From: Minutocellus sp. GHC0000111
Lineage: Eukaryota
Direction of reading: 5' to 3'
Length of the DNA stretch: 64,000 bases
Assembly (NCBI GenBank): GCA_977018835.1
Contig: OZ361256.1
Location: forward strand, 5,642,001 to 5,706,000
The first letter of the stretch is position 1. The number at the start of each line of letters is the position of its first letter. Below, piece by piece: positions 24,944 through 37,122 of this stretch. The notes beneath the pieces are model-generated. The model worked only from the letters and a program-made list of their open reading frames with translations. It was not told where the DNA came from and made no database searches. The translations under genes were made by a program, and so were the position numbers.

Positions 24944-25630
24944 CGTCAAGTAACTGCTGAGATATGGCAGATACTCGTACTCGTACGAATGCGCAATGCG
25001 ACGACAAAAAATTCCTTGTCAGGCGCGCCGTACTCTAGTACTACGTACGTACATTAGCTACCTACGTACGTAGCGAGACACAAATTTATTTGCTGGGTGC
25101 CGGGCAGTTAGACTTCGTTTGGTCAGATTGGAGCAAGCTGCAGTGGTGGCGGGCTTGATCGGCTCAATCATGTCATTGTTTGGGAGCATCATCCTGGACA
25201 ACGTAAGCGCTGGCCATTGCTCAGGGTTCACGGCATTGACTTAAAACAAAGTCATTATCATCTCGAGCTGGTGCATCCGTCAAAAATGCGATGTTTTTGG
25301 CGAAGCGACATTTTGCAGAAGCCTGAAAAGTTTTGTATTCAGAAATAGTTTTCAATGCTTGTTGGTAATTTGCACATCTAGAAGTAAATTGCCAAAGTGA
25401 GATAAGCCCTTGCGTCAAATCTTACGCAGGCGACGCATTGAACAGCCACGATACCGCCAGATATTACGGCCTGTACGATGTTGCTCAATGGTAAGAATTC
25501 CATAATAGAAGGTCTACATGTACCAGGACCGGCAGGGTCTATTATTTACTCGTACGTCTAGACTCTACAATGTCCACTCTAGATCGGTACTGGCTAGGGG
25601 ACATTCGACCCCAATTCAGTGAAGCTTCTC

Positions 25631-27890
25631 TCATTCCATGTCCTTCAGAGGGAAAGTGAAAGGTATATGGGATATTTCGAGATTGCTCTTCCATTCCCAA
25701 GGAATGTAGCAAGACATGAGGGCTTCTTGTCCCGTGAAGACCGCGTCGGCTTCTTTTATTTCATTTCCAATGTTGATTACAGCATCCAAGTCATTTTCAT
25801 TGGCAGAGTTGCTCTCTAATTCTTGATGAACCGAGGCTGTTGTCGCAGCATTGGTCGTTGCCGATGAGAGACCTCGACCTGGAAGGCAGAGCAAGCCGCT
25901 GAACTTGCAGGTAGTTGCAGCCCGAATGACCCTTGCTGCAGCTTCAAAGTGAGAAATTGCACCAAAATCGGGAAGGTGCAGAAGATTCCGAGCATCGCCG
26001 CTGGCTTGATGAGCATACGTCACCATACTTTCATCACTTCCAGCTAGGGCATGAGCGACACTCTTCTCTGATACAGACACGATTCGCGATGAATTTGGAT
26101 CGACCCGTACAAACAGCAGCACACAGTCTGGCTGGAGCAGCTTGCGAGCCAGCCACACCGCTCGCCGGTGATGAGGGCACTGCTCGACTACACCGCGGTC
26201 AAAAAAGTATTCGAGATGCACGTCAAGGTGGACTGGTCGTTGACCGTCATCATCGGTCAAAAGGTTATTGATAGATCTCACCAGCACCTTGCATCGACCA
26301 TCCTGGGGCGAAGGCTTTGGTAGCAATATCACCGTGTATACTGACTGAGAGGAGAGCACGTCAGATGACTCTTTACTGGTTTGACAAAGGATGGACCGCC
26401 CGGCCGACCCATAGACGCTGTCCTCGTAGGCGCTCGTGAGATATTCTCTAGTTGTTGCTCGACGAGGTGTTGGTTCTTCTAGTACTACCCAGTCATTATT
26501 TCCCGCCCCTTTGGATATGGGCACCATCCAGCGGGAATCGCCCAGGCCCGGCCGGCGAAGAAGCTCAATGAGAGTCTGCCGTCATAACGACATCGACATT
26601 ATGCTCGCGAGCTAGCCTTGCCGCTGTGCCATCACACGATATAGATTCTGGGGAGGATAGCTCAAAGTTGCCCCTAGGAGAGGCAAAATGAGGGTGGAGA
26701 GATTCCGTGGTTCCTGGTGACGATAATTTGTCTACCCAATCTCGGTCCATCCGGGCGACCCCATCAGGTGGCGTGGAGTGAACAATCTGCGCCGAATATG
26801 ACTTCGTGTCAAATACGCCCGATGCTTGCCATCGTCGACGTGCGCCACCATCACCATGAGAGCCCATCTCCACGGCAGCCATGCCCTGCAGTGACACCTC
26901 CTGAACGCATCCTCCATATACCTTTGCCGTTCCATCATCGCTCTGGTTTGTCATGCGTTTGTTCTTCGTTGCAGCAGCCGATTGGACGAAATCGGAGGCC
27001 GACCTACCAGTACCAATGCCGCTACTGCTACCGCTGCTACCGCCCTCCTTCTCGCGAAATCCCAGCAAGAATCGATCGGCATTCCTCCGCTGAAACTCCG
27101 CCATGGCCTGGCCGTACGCCGCCCACTCCTGCCTTGCAATCTTGTCGAGGGAGCGGAATTCTCGTTCCCTCGGCGTGATATTCTTAGGAGTGGTCTTGCC
27201 GGAGCTATTCATAGTGCTACCTGCACCCAAAGAGGACGGGGCGCGCAGCTCCGTCCACAGCTGGAGGTATCGCTTGTGCTGGCCAGCCGTGAGGGTGGAA
27301 CGGTTGGGATCGTCGATGGGCTCGATTTCGGGCATAACTGATCCTGTTGCTGGTGGTGGTGGGGTATCTACAGTGGTGTCTACTGGACCTTCATTTTGCG
27401 ATCCAGCTTCATCATCCTTGCCGCCGTCATCAGTATGGCCCTTGTTGATCAACGCGCCGCCTTCCTCGGCCTGCGCGTCATTGTCATTGCCATCGGCACC
27501 GGCAGCGAAACCAATCGACTTGAGAAAGTCGGTGAGAAGCGGCGAACAGTCGGGCCCGGCGGCAGTAGTTGCATTACGCCCACCACTGCCCCTGTCGCTA
27601 CCGCCGCCGCTCTTGCCCGTCTGGACCGTGGCCAGGACCGACATGGGGGGGAGGGGGCGTTCCACCCACTCGGTCGATAAAAGGCTCATCGCCAGACCAC
27701 TATCGCCATCTGCACTGCTTGTGCTTCTGCCGCCAGACACAACTCCTTGATCGGACGATGCACTGGTAGATTCATACAGCCCAGCAAGTGTGGCAGGATA
27801 CAGATCCGAGGGCAGATCGACGGACCTCAGGCGGCGGGGACGCTTCCTCCGGCGGCGACGGATCAGATCCTCGGGAGCGGCGGTGCTCAT
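25631..27890 (-). pseudogene. ICE2/NARG2-like protein (NARG2_C domain); frameshift ~26571
   Basis: Motif order VVLEEP.P, VYTVILL, KVLVRS, VHLEYFFDRGVVE, WLARKLLQPD..RVDP matches my recollection of NARG2_C. A 2-nt slip in a TCTC run joins the two ORFs. Confidence 0.6.
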
Positions 27891-28325
27891 TGCGTGTCGG
27901 CGGCAAGAACCACTGGCACGTACATATGGCACATAATGTACGAGAAGTGGCGCTCTCTCTGCCCGCTACGTAGCCGGCCGATATGGTGATACGTACGCGT
28001 AAACTTCGGTACGTACGCATGGAGGCAAATGATGACGTGCATCGGATTTCGAGACTCGACGGGGAGCTTTTTAACTCTCTCTCTTGATCGACGTTTGTTT
28101 CGTCGCTTTCGCCAGAGAGCCTCCTTTCATGACACTCGAGCCTGACTCTGAATCGAATCGAACATTCGAGCGTGGGTAAAATGATCAACAAATACTGCAT
28201 GGGTGTTTGATCAGACACTATGCCTATTACAGGCATCTCGACAGCAATGGCACAAGCATTTGATGCTAATTTACTTAGCACGAAGAGAACGATTCATTCG
28301 TTGGGGTGTTGAATTGCTACATGTA

Positions 28326-30190
28326 CGAGGTCAGATTCGCGAGAAATCGAGCGCCCGGTTTTTGACTGCTTTCGAGGGGATTGAAAAGCGCCTCGAAGAA
28401 TAGTCATGCTGAAATATTTAAGAAAATGGCTATTTTTACTCTAATTTTGATTTATCTTCATGTGAAACAATAATTCGGATAAGACTTTAGATTTCAGCGG
28501 CTCTAATCAAATGGACACGTTCGTCGCACTTGGACCGGTGTGCTGCTTCCCAACGAGAGTGCCGATGATTCATCTGATTCGGCCGCCTTCCGTTCTGTCA
28601 TCGACGATCTTGCAACGGCGACCCGGCGGTATACTGCACCATGTCTCTTTGCAATTGCCAAGTGCAGGGAGCAGGCAAAGGTGGACTATTCGGTGCTGTC
28701 CAGCGCAGAGCATGGTGCACGATTTTCGGGATGGATGGATGAAGGCGTATGGTGCTCTACCTGCATCTGAGAAGGCGATGTGGGAGATGAAGAGGAGATC
28801 TCATCTGGCTATGCAGCCATGCATTCGAGATGTTATTGTTGATGCTCTGATGCGAAATCCTCGGGAATCTTGGCGGGAGCTGGAGGTGGATGTCAACTTT
28901 TGGTGTTCCTACTCGGCAACACGGCGGTGGATAATGTCGCGGGAAGGGTTCCGGTACTATGCCGAAAGGATCATCCCTCTCCTTACTACACATCAGATGG
29001 AGAAACATTTGGCATTTGCGCGGAAATTCCGAAACAATTGGGGGCTCGGCGGTGGCAAGTTTATCCTTGTTATGTTCGATGAGAAGTGGTTTTGGGGCTT
29101 GGTTCTTCGATCGTATGCCAAGCAAGTTGCAGAATTGGGTATTGATCCTCGGTCCTTCTCGGCATATCACCGAAATCACATCAACAAGTGTGCATGGTGG
29201 TGGCTGTCACTGCCTTGGCTTTTATTGACAGCATTGAGAATGGCGGCATTGCGTTCAAGCTTGGACTTTTTCGGGCTCAGGCGCATAAAATTGCGCGGCA
29301 GATGGTAAGGGAGGCGGTGCGGCAGGCAGATGGTAGAATCAAATATTGCGGCCCGGTGGTTCGGAAGAAAGACGATCTATACCTTGTGGATTGCGCGGTG
29401 ACTGGATGCAGCCATGGCACCCTTGATAATCCCAAGTTCCCACTGAAAGTTTTGTTTGAGAACAAGATATTTCCGGATGTTGAGGCTTTGGTCAGACCTG
29501 GCGGAAAGTTTGAAGGCTGTCCCTATTTTCCAGGGCGACAATGCTGGGCCCCATGCCGAGACTGAATTTGTGGAATATGTGGAAGGATACTGTCGGGACA
29601 AGGGATGGCGTTGGGAACCTCAGGCCCCGCAAATGCCCCATATGAATGTTCTTGATCTGTCTGTTTTCCCTTGCATGTCAAAGCAGCATACAATGTTGTG
29701 CCGCGATCGGGAGGGGCTGAAGGTTTTGACAGAGGATCAGACTTGGGATGCAGCGGAGGAAGTTTGGATGGGGCTGGAAAACTGGAAGATCGCATCGGCA
29801 TACATCCAGGCTCATAGAATTGCAAAGAAGGTAATCGTTGCAAAAGGCAACAATGATTTTCTTGGAAACGGTGAAGGCATTCATGTTGGGGTGCGAAAGG
29901 ATTTCAGGCCGACTGAATGAAAATGGCATGGTTCGGATAGATGGGAAAATTATCGCTCCTCCTCCTGCTGATCCAACCATGGATAATTAGTCCTGCGGTG
30001 CTTTTAAGTTATATTGTGTTTAATAATACTAGATTGGATTGTAGATCTGGATACTAGCTGCTGCAATACATGTACTTTGCATTGTACATGTATTCAATGC
30101 CGGTAGATCTAAGATTCAGGCGGTTGCGGGCCCAAAAAGTCGCTGTTTTGGTCCCGACCCTGCGCTCGATTTCTCGCGAAATGGACTTCG
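28326..30190 (+). mobile_element. Tc1/mariner DNA transposon, 1865 bp, 29-bp imperfect TIRs, TA target duplication
   Basis: Left TIR CGAGGTCAGATTCGCGAGAAATCGAGCGC (28326-28354). Right TIR reverse complement CGAAGTCCATTTCGCGAGAAATCGAGCGC (30162-30190). TA immediately outside both ends and an internal DDD transposase. Confidence 0.92.
28511..29990 (+). pseudogene. Frameshifted mariner-like DDD transposase
   Basis: Catalytic motifs VMFDEKWF, FQGDNAGPH and PQMPHMNVLDLSVF. Frame breaks near 28535, 28735, 29190, 29520 and 29917. Confidence 0.88.
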
Positions 30191-30282
30191 TACATGTACT
30201 ACGTAATCGAGAAAAAATGAATGGTAGATCTACTAGTACATTTCCATGCACTACACATACTCGAAAGTTGCGCTCGCAACTT

Positions 30283-31335
30283 ATGCTCGCTTTTCTCCTT
30301 GCCGTACTAGTAGTTTTGCCTCGTCCCTGCACCGCACGACCGGAGGTCCTGCAAGAGCAGCACCTCTTCTACCCCTGGGCCTTCCTAAAGGGTGCGTACG
30401 TCGGATACGAAACTCTGCTCTCCCTCTGATTCGAGGAATTGGAGGAGGTGATCCATTACGACGACGTGGCATACGAAGACATTGTCCATCCCGCCCCGCC
30501 AGAGGAAAAGACCACAATCCAGATCGTAGGCCTCGGGCTGGCCCGTACTGGCTCAACGTCTCTGGTCATGGCGCTCGAGCAGCTGGGCTACACGGCCGTC
30601 CACGACGATGAACAGGTGGAGCTGACCGACATTTACCATTACTGGGACGAAGATATCATCGATGGGGATGAATTTCATGATATCCTCGGTCAGCGGGGCT
30701 ACAACGCCACCTTCAAGACCGCCAGCTACAAGTGGGTGGCGCAACATCCAGAAGTCAAGGCCATCCTCACGGTGCGAGACAGTCCCGAGTCATACGTTAA
30801 GAGTTATCTCACTGCGGCACCTTTCGTTGGGATGATGCATCAATTTCCCTTCAGCTGGATGCCCATCGTCCAGGGATTACAAGATTCCTTCGACTGTGAA
30901 TGGAAGGACGAGGCGACTGGTGGCCGTCCGGAGGAGTTCTTAAATCCGAGCGTACTCCGTGAGGCATACGTGGAATATAATCAAAAGGTCCAAACCACCA
31001 TTCCTGCAGAGCGGTTGCTTACCTTCAATGTGAAGGAGGGTTGGGAACCCCTCTGCGACTTTCTAGGAGTTCCCGTCCCCGACGGCATCCCATTCCCGCA
31101 CGTTCACACGAGGGCCAAGCTGCGGGGAGAAATGTTCTTTCTCCGAGGTGTGATTTGGGTGTCTCGCTTCACTTTGTTGCTCCTTGGCGCCACCCTTGCC
31201 CGCTTTCTGAAAAACTATTGGGGGATTCGTTTGACTGTATTTCTCAGAGTAGCAAAGATTGAGGATGCGCCAATAGAGGGTTTGAGCATGCTGCAGTCAT
31301 CTTCTTTTATTTGGAAAAGTGTGAAATTGATATAG
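30283..31335 (+). pseudogene. Secreted or membrane P-loop sulfotransferase-family protein with an in-frame nonsense codon
   Basis: Signal MLAFLLAVLVVLPRPCTA. Motifs GLGLARTGSTSL..ALEQLGY, KAILTVRDSPE and IPAERLLTFNVKEGWEPLCDFLGVPVP..PFPH. TGA at 30427-30429 is in the same frame as both ORF parts. Confidence 0.8.
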
Positions 31336-32719
31336 ATCCTAAGTACATCGTCGCGACCGGCCTTCTTGGGTGTTCATGTGCATGTGTGTGTGTGCGTATG
31401 CGTAGTCTAGCTACATATAGGTGAGAACGAATGGGCTGACTGTATTCTTTTCTTTGTTTGTTTCATTAATTTACATGCATGGGTACGTACATGTATGTGA
31501 ATAAATTCTACGTAAAGTTAATCTACTACGTAGCTCGCGAGAAAGCTCCTCGGCGATGGGACAGCTGCTGCCCCTCCTGGTGCACAGGGCCGGCACATCC
31601 TACTCAATCACCTGAAGGCAAGGAGGCCCATAAGGAATGGAGGTGCAATTTGGCGGCCCACCAAGGAAGTAGGTAAGAGGTAGCATGGTTTTGTAACTCT
31701 CAGCCGATGACAATTGCTACAGCAGACAGATGCAAGGAATCTCCACTGATTGGCTAATTGTGGTTATCGTAGCAAGCGGCAAAGATGGAATCGTCATCGG
31801 AATCCGAATCATCTCCTCGTAGCTCACGCAATACGGCCATGAAGGATGGACTCCGAGTGGAATCGCAAAGTCGATCATCTTTTTTTTTTTGATAAGTCAA
31901 TCATCTACTACTTTCGATCGCACTTCGTCTCGCGACAAGGTGGCCATCCTAGCCCCCTGCATCCCGATCTGACGTGGTAGATACCTGGGACTGGTAAAGT
32001 CACTAAATGTAGTCGTATCCGGCACAATCTGGCCAGATGCAGACTAATACGATGGAACAAGCAATAGCGCTTCGTTGATCTGATACGTTACTTCTGGGGG
32101 ATAGGTCCCGGATTCCTCCGATTCCCACCATATTTTATCATCATGGTTCGCACGCGAAGGGTTCGCGTGCCACGCAGAACGGCCCATCCGGCAACGGTAT
32201 TCCTATCGGTTTGCTTGTCTTTCTTCGGCCATCACTCTTGACGTGCTTGATTTGCTTTCCGTTCGCATCGGAAGCCACAAGGCGCCAGCCGCTATTCCAT
32301 GACAAAGCAAAACGCGCGACACGATCGAGAAAGAAGTTTCTTGAAAGCCAGCCGCTCGCGAAGGGTTCGTGTGGTTCTTTCGTCCACTTGCTTCCTTGCC
32401 GATGCCAACGGCAAGCAAAAGGGCAACACGATCGCGGCTGGCTTGCAGGCAGGAGAAGTTTCCTGCGAGCCAGCCAGGCCAGTTTCAGTCGTTTTGAGAC
32501 AAATAATGACCAAGCAGAGCATTCCGACCGCGCGATCCTCTGGCACCGTCTGATATCGATGCCGATCGTCATCGGTGGATTGTCGCCGTCGTCGGTGGGT
32601 GATCATCACTTTACCACATTACAAGCTCACATTACAACAACCAAAGGCTCACAATTTTTCCAATACAAGAGAGTAAAAACCAATCCGTATCTTTCTTCGT
32701 TCGTCATAGTGTTTCATCG

Positions 32720-34954
32720 ATGTCGACACCAACTCAAGACAGCGCCAATGTCGTCGGCGGCCTACGCAGTGCCGTCTACTTCCTCTCCTTTCTTGGAGGC
32801 ATTTGCTCGATCCCACTCGTTTCCGCCGAGGGCCTTCGTCGAACTGTTTCTACATCTTCCATGCCCACCAACTGCCAAGGAACGATCACGACCAAGAGCG
32901 TCGACGTCGTCGTCATCGGCGCCGGCATGTCCGGTCTCAAGGCCGCCCAAACCATCGAAGATGCCGACGCCGACTTGTCGTACGTCCTTCTCGAGGGACG
33001 CGATGACGTCGGCGGTCGCATGCGCAAGCATACTCTTCCAAATGGCTTTGTTGTCGAAGATGGGCCCAACTGGATCAATGGAGGAAAAGGGAATCCCATC
33101 TACGAGATGGCTATGGACCTGAAACTGGAGGTCTATGACGAAACCGCCGATTACGACCCTTGGAAAGTATACGACAGCGCCACCGGTCAGCCCTACGACA
33201 GCGACGTTGTTGCCTCCAGGCTCCAAGACTTCTACGATGCCATTTCGTGCGTGAGCGATCGTGCTGCCGACGCATGGTGCCGTCGTATGCTCAAAGAGGG
33301 TGACGCCGGAGTCCGCGTCGTCCTCGATGAGTGTGGGTGGACTCCAAACAATGCCCTAGACGATGAGATCGAATTTGCCTGGATCGACTGGGAGTACGCA
33401 AGGCCCGCAAGTCAAGTCAGTCTCTACTCCTACCCCGAGTCATCTGCTTTCGGCGAAGGATCATTCTTGGTCAAAGATCAGCGTGGATACCAATACCTCG
33501 CAGAAACTATGGCCAACTCTCTTCGCCAAGACCCCATCCTTAGCACCGAAGTAACCCTCATTGAATGGGACAACGACGATCCCGACCTCCCACCTGCAAG
33601 GGTTCATACCACCAACCTCCAAGACGGATCCTGCACCATCTACGAGACCGACGTCGTCATCCCTACCGTATCGATTGGTGTCCTTTCTAAGAGAGGCGAT
33701 ATGTTCAACCCACCACTGACTGACTTTGAAGAAAAGAATGTCTTCGAGATGGGATCATTTCAGAAGATCTTTTACAAATTCGAGGATACATTTTGGAAGA
33801 ATGACGCTGGACCAAACGAGGAGGACTTTATCATCAACGTCGCCATGGAAAATCGTCAGAACAAAGGCAGATGCTCGTTCTTCCTTTCCCTCGACAAGGG
33901 CGAGGCCCCAGCTGGTGATGCTTCCCCATCAACTCCAACCGATGCGCCAGAACAGCCAACTGAGCTGCCCCCTCAGCCCACTGTATTGGAACTACCAAAT
34001 GAAGATGGCAAAAAGGCACCAGGTATCATGTTTACAATCGATGCCTCAGCTGACGTTACTATTGAGACTCTGTACATCCAGACCCTCGCCGGCCAGACCG
34101 ATCCCGCCGTTGCAGTGGAGGTATACACAAAGGAGGGAACCTACAATGGATTTGAGTCTGATCCCTCTTCATGGGACCAGGTCTTCGAGGGTTATGTTAT
34201 GGGTAATGGCGAAGAGGCCATGACCAAGCTGGACGGAGATCTCTTTGACCCCATTACCATCAAGGGAGGCCAACAGCAATCCATCTACGTATCGGTGAAG
34301 TCCGTGGCCAAAAGGTGCGCCAATTGCCTTCTCGGCAATAAGCAGCCTGTGGCAACTGGTCGTAACAGTGAGGCATTCACTGTATCGGGTGGTATTGGCA
34401 CAATGGGACTCTTTGAGCCCTCTGGAAAAGCTCGTGGCTTCACCGGAGCAATTGTCTACACCGAGACCGGTGCCGCCAACGATAGGAAGCTTATGGAGGA
34501 CGAAGCCTTCGGTCCATCTAGTACTACCCTGCCTGGCAGCCATACTCTCTTTTGCACATTGGTAACAGAGCAGGTCGAGAAAGTAGGAGGGCAGATCTCC
34601 GATGAATTGGCGATGGAATTCCTCGAGCCCCTCAAGAAGATCTATGGTGCCGATCGCGTAAATCCAACGAATATTTACGCCGTTTCACCTTGGATGAATG
34701 ATCCTTGGACGTATGGTTCTTATGCCAATTGGAAGGTTGGTGCAGAGCCCGACGATTTTTACGAGATGATGAACGAACCTTTCCGTGATATGCATGATCG
34801 ATCTGTCATCTTCCTTGCAGGATCGGCCGCATGCCTTGAACACTGGGAGACACTCATGGGCGCCTATTATGCCGGAGAGATGAGGGCAGAGGAGGCAATT
34901 GCCTACCTCACTGGAGAAAAATATGACGTCTACGAACACGTCTGCAACGCTTGA
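32720..34954 (+). CDS. Secreted flavin-dependent amine (polyamine) oxidase with an internal inserted domain
   Basis: Hydrophobic leader. Motifs VVVIGAGMSGL, LLEGRDDVGGR, EDGPNWING, QRGY, KIFYKFEDTFW, WMNDPWTYGSY and FLAG..GAY.AG..AE. Intact 744-aa ORF. Confidence 0.9.
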   Translation: MSTPTQDSANVVGGLRSAVYFLSFLGGICSIPLVSAEGLRRTVSTSSMPTNCQGTITTKSVDVVVIGAGMSGLKAAQTIEDADADLSYVLLEGRDDVGGRMRKHTLPNGFVVEDGPNWINGGKGNPIYEMAMDLKLEVYDETADYDPWKVYDSATGQPYDSDVVASRLQDFYDAISCVSDRAADAWCRRMLKEGDAGVRVVLDECGWTPNNALDDEIEFAWIDWEYARPASQVSLYSYPESSAFGEGSFLVKDQRGYQYLAETMANSLRQDPILSTEVTLIEWDNDDPDLPPARVHTTNLQDGSCTIYETDVVIPTVSIGVLSKRGDMFNPPLTDFEEKNVFEMGSFQKIFYKFEDTFWKNDAGPNEEDFIINVAMENRQNKGRCSFFLSLDKGEAPAGDASPSTPTDAPEQPTELPPQPTVLELPNEDGKKAPGIMFTIDASADVTIETLYIQTLAGQTDPAVAVEVYTKEGTYNGFESDPSSWDQVFEGYVMGNGEEAMTKLDGDLFDPITIKGGQQQSIYVSVKSVAKRCANCLLGNKQPVATGRNSEAFTVSGGIGTMGLFEPSGKARGFTGAIVYTETGAANDRKLMEDEAFGPSSTTLPGSHTLFCTLVTEQVEKVGGQISDELAMEFLEPLKKIYGADRVNPTNIYAVSPWMNDPWTYGSYANWKVGAEPDDFYEMMNEPFRDMHDRSVIFLAGSAACLEHWETLMGAYYAGEMRAEEAIAYLTGEKYDVYEHVCNA

Positions 34955-35260
34955 GCAGTTGGATTAGTAGATCTGACTACATGGTGGCGATCCGAGGGTC
35001 CATACTGCCTGAATCTTTGTTTTACTCGGAATGATTGATTTGTATTGTTTAATCTGAATATTGCTTGCTACATAATCATTAGAGATGAATTAGAAATGAC
35101 TAGAGAGAGGCTCGTGACTAGATCTACTTGGTTGATGATAACATCATAACATCTAAAGAGAGTATTTGCCCCTTTCAAAGTCTATAGAAGTCTACTGCAC
35201 CTTCTTTTGCTCTCAATGTTGAAGTCGATGTCGGGGATTTGGGCGCCCATTTGAATTTAT

Positions 35261-36322
35261 TTACTCGAAAAGAAAGCACTGTCCTCCTACATGTACTAGG
35301 ACAGCGGCGCTGGCTACATGTACAATTACTGCGGTGCCGAGGCTAAGGCCGAGGCTCTGTCCGGGGCTTTTATCGGCAGAGCTCGAAGCAAGAGAGTACC
35401 CGGCAGGTAGTTCCGGGCAGTTGCGATACTCGTTGTATTGCTCACAATAATAAGAGGGATTGTCAAAAGCACAACTACCAACAGATGCATCCAACTTCTC
35501 GCAGGCTTGCTTCATTCGAATACAGTAGCTGGCAATGAGGACGCTATCGCACTTATACCCAGTGATCGATAAGTCCGATGGATTGTCAATTATGGCTTCG
35601 TACTGTTTAGCGTAACACAGATGATAATCGCAGTACCATGCGGGCATGGAGGTCAAGAGGGCCCCATCAAAGGCGGTAAGACTGCAAGGATGACTCTGGT
35701 GGTACTTGGCGTAGTACTCGAATGTCTGAGAAATCCCCCCTGGCACAGAAGTCCATTGTCGCCTCTCTGCATTCTTCATCCTGCGCATTTTGCGGATCTA
35801 GGAACCCATAATGAATGGATGAATAATAATGACCGTCAATGGAAACACACTTCTCGCAGAGATCTTGAGGATACCCGCGGCGACGCAATACGATGTTTCG
35901 TCGAGCCCACGCACATTTTCATTGATTCCAGCAGCGTAGCTCTTTCCCTCGCTTTGGATCGATGTCGAAAAGATACCAGCGTCTGGCGTTTCGTCAGCCA
36001 GCTGGCCATCCTCATCGTCCGAAGAAGAACGGTGGATTGACCCGGACGATTTGTCTGCGTGGCGAACGCGGCGCTGAATGCGACGGCGCATGAGCGGAAG
36101 TGGGCGGGGAGAGTGCAGCAGCATCCGCTCGATGACTTTGTGGGACCGATATCCGTCGTCGGGCAGCAGTAGGCCATTGTTATTTCCGACAAACGAAACG
36201 ACATTCTGGCGATTGTCGTTGTCGTCGTTTTCGCCCCGAATGGCAGCACTCGACGCCACGAGCAGAGCTTGGGAGAGACTTACATGCACATGCTCAACGG
36301 CGGTGGCAAGGCTGAGGATCAT
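35261..36322 (-). pseudogene. Cys-rich secreted protein with C-terminal hydrophobic (GPI-like) tail; interrupted frame
   Basis: Hydrophobic N-terminus, many Cys/Tyr and a C-terminal hydrophobic stretch. The main frame has TAG at 35798-35800. The segment 35735-35875 reads better in another frame (YPQDLCEKC..ECREATMDFCAR), implying two compensating 1-nt indels. Confidence 0.55.
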
Positions 36323-37122
36323 GGCCGTTGGTGGTGAAGTTTTGTTATTTGTTCTCCACTAGACCGGAGTTTGTTTTTTCTGGATGTGACTTGTTATGTT
36401 AAACGATTTATGCTGCTCGCGGATTGCCTGCAGTGTGATTTTGGAGCATGCTTCACATTGCCCTCGGGCGAGCACGAGCCGATCTGGCCCCGCCTACGCC
36501 TGTGTGTGTGTGTTTTTGCTGCTTCGCATCGTAAATTCAATTATTTCCACACACGACATCGCAAATCATGCTAATTCTGCAAGGTACACAATGGAAGGAG
36601 GATGTCGATCGAATGAATCCAATACATTGCATTGAGGCATGGGCGATGCGCATAGTATCTGCAGCAACAATAATTGAATCTGCAGCATGAAGCATCCGCT
36701 TGAAAATCTGCCTTTGGTCGAGCAAACCGGACGAAGACCAGACCGTCGCGTCCCCGGCAAAATTTCATTTGAATCTCGCTGGTTTGAATTTTTACAACCG
36801 TCGTCAGCCGAAATAAGCAAAGCCTGCCCCGCCACCAGCCTCGAAATCCGTTGGATACATTTTCCCTGTCTGGCCGAGAAAGAGCCTGACTTATGCCGAT
36901 TTGAATCGGTCGATGGGACATCGCGCGTCGACGCCATCGGCTTCTTTCCACGAACGAAAAACCAGCGACGATCGATCGAAAGAAGAAAGGTGTCTGCCTG
37001 CCATAAATAACAACAGTCGCACCGGTGGACCCATTGAGCAACAACACGGTTAGCCTGCTTGCTCTTGCCAGTCCAAACTCCAAACCCACAAGTAACAGCT
37101 CCTCCAACTACAATTTGCAACC

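Noticed and set aside
27990..28317. Hydrophobic minus-strand fragment next to the transposon (GPCR-like TM?)
   Set aside because: Too short and degenerate to assign by eye.
30427..30429. Selenocysteine TGA in the sulfotransferase
   Set aside because: It lies in a non-catalytic linker, the family is not known to me as a selenoprotein, and I recognised no SECIS.
32150..32170. 9-bp hairpin with a partial second copy at 32357
   Set aside because: Short enough to arise by chance; no supporting context.
32211..33122. 303-aa ORF upstream of and overlapping the amine oxidase
   Set aside because: No recognisable motifs; it is an out-of-frame overlap plus promoter sequence.
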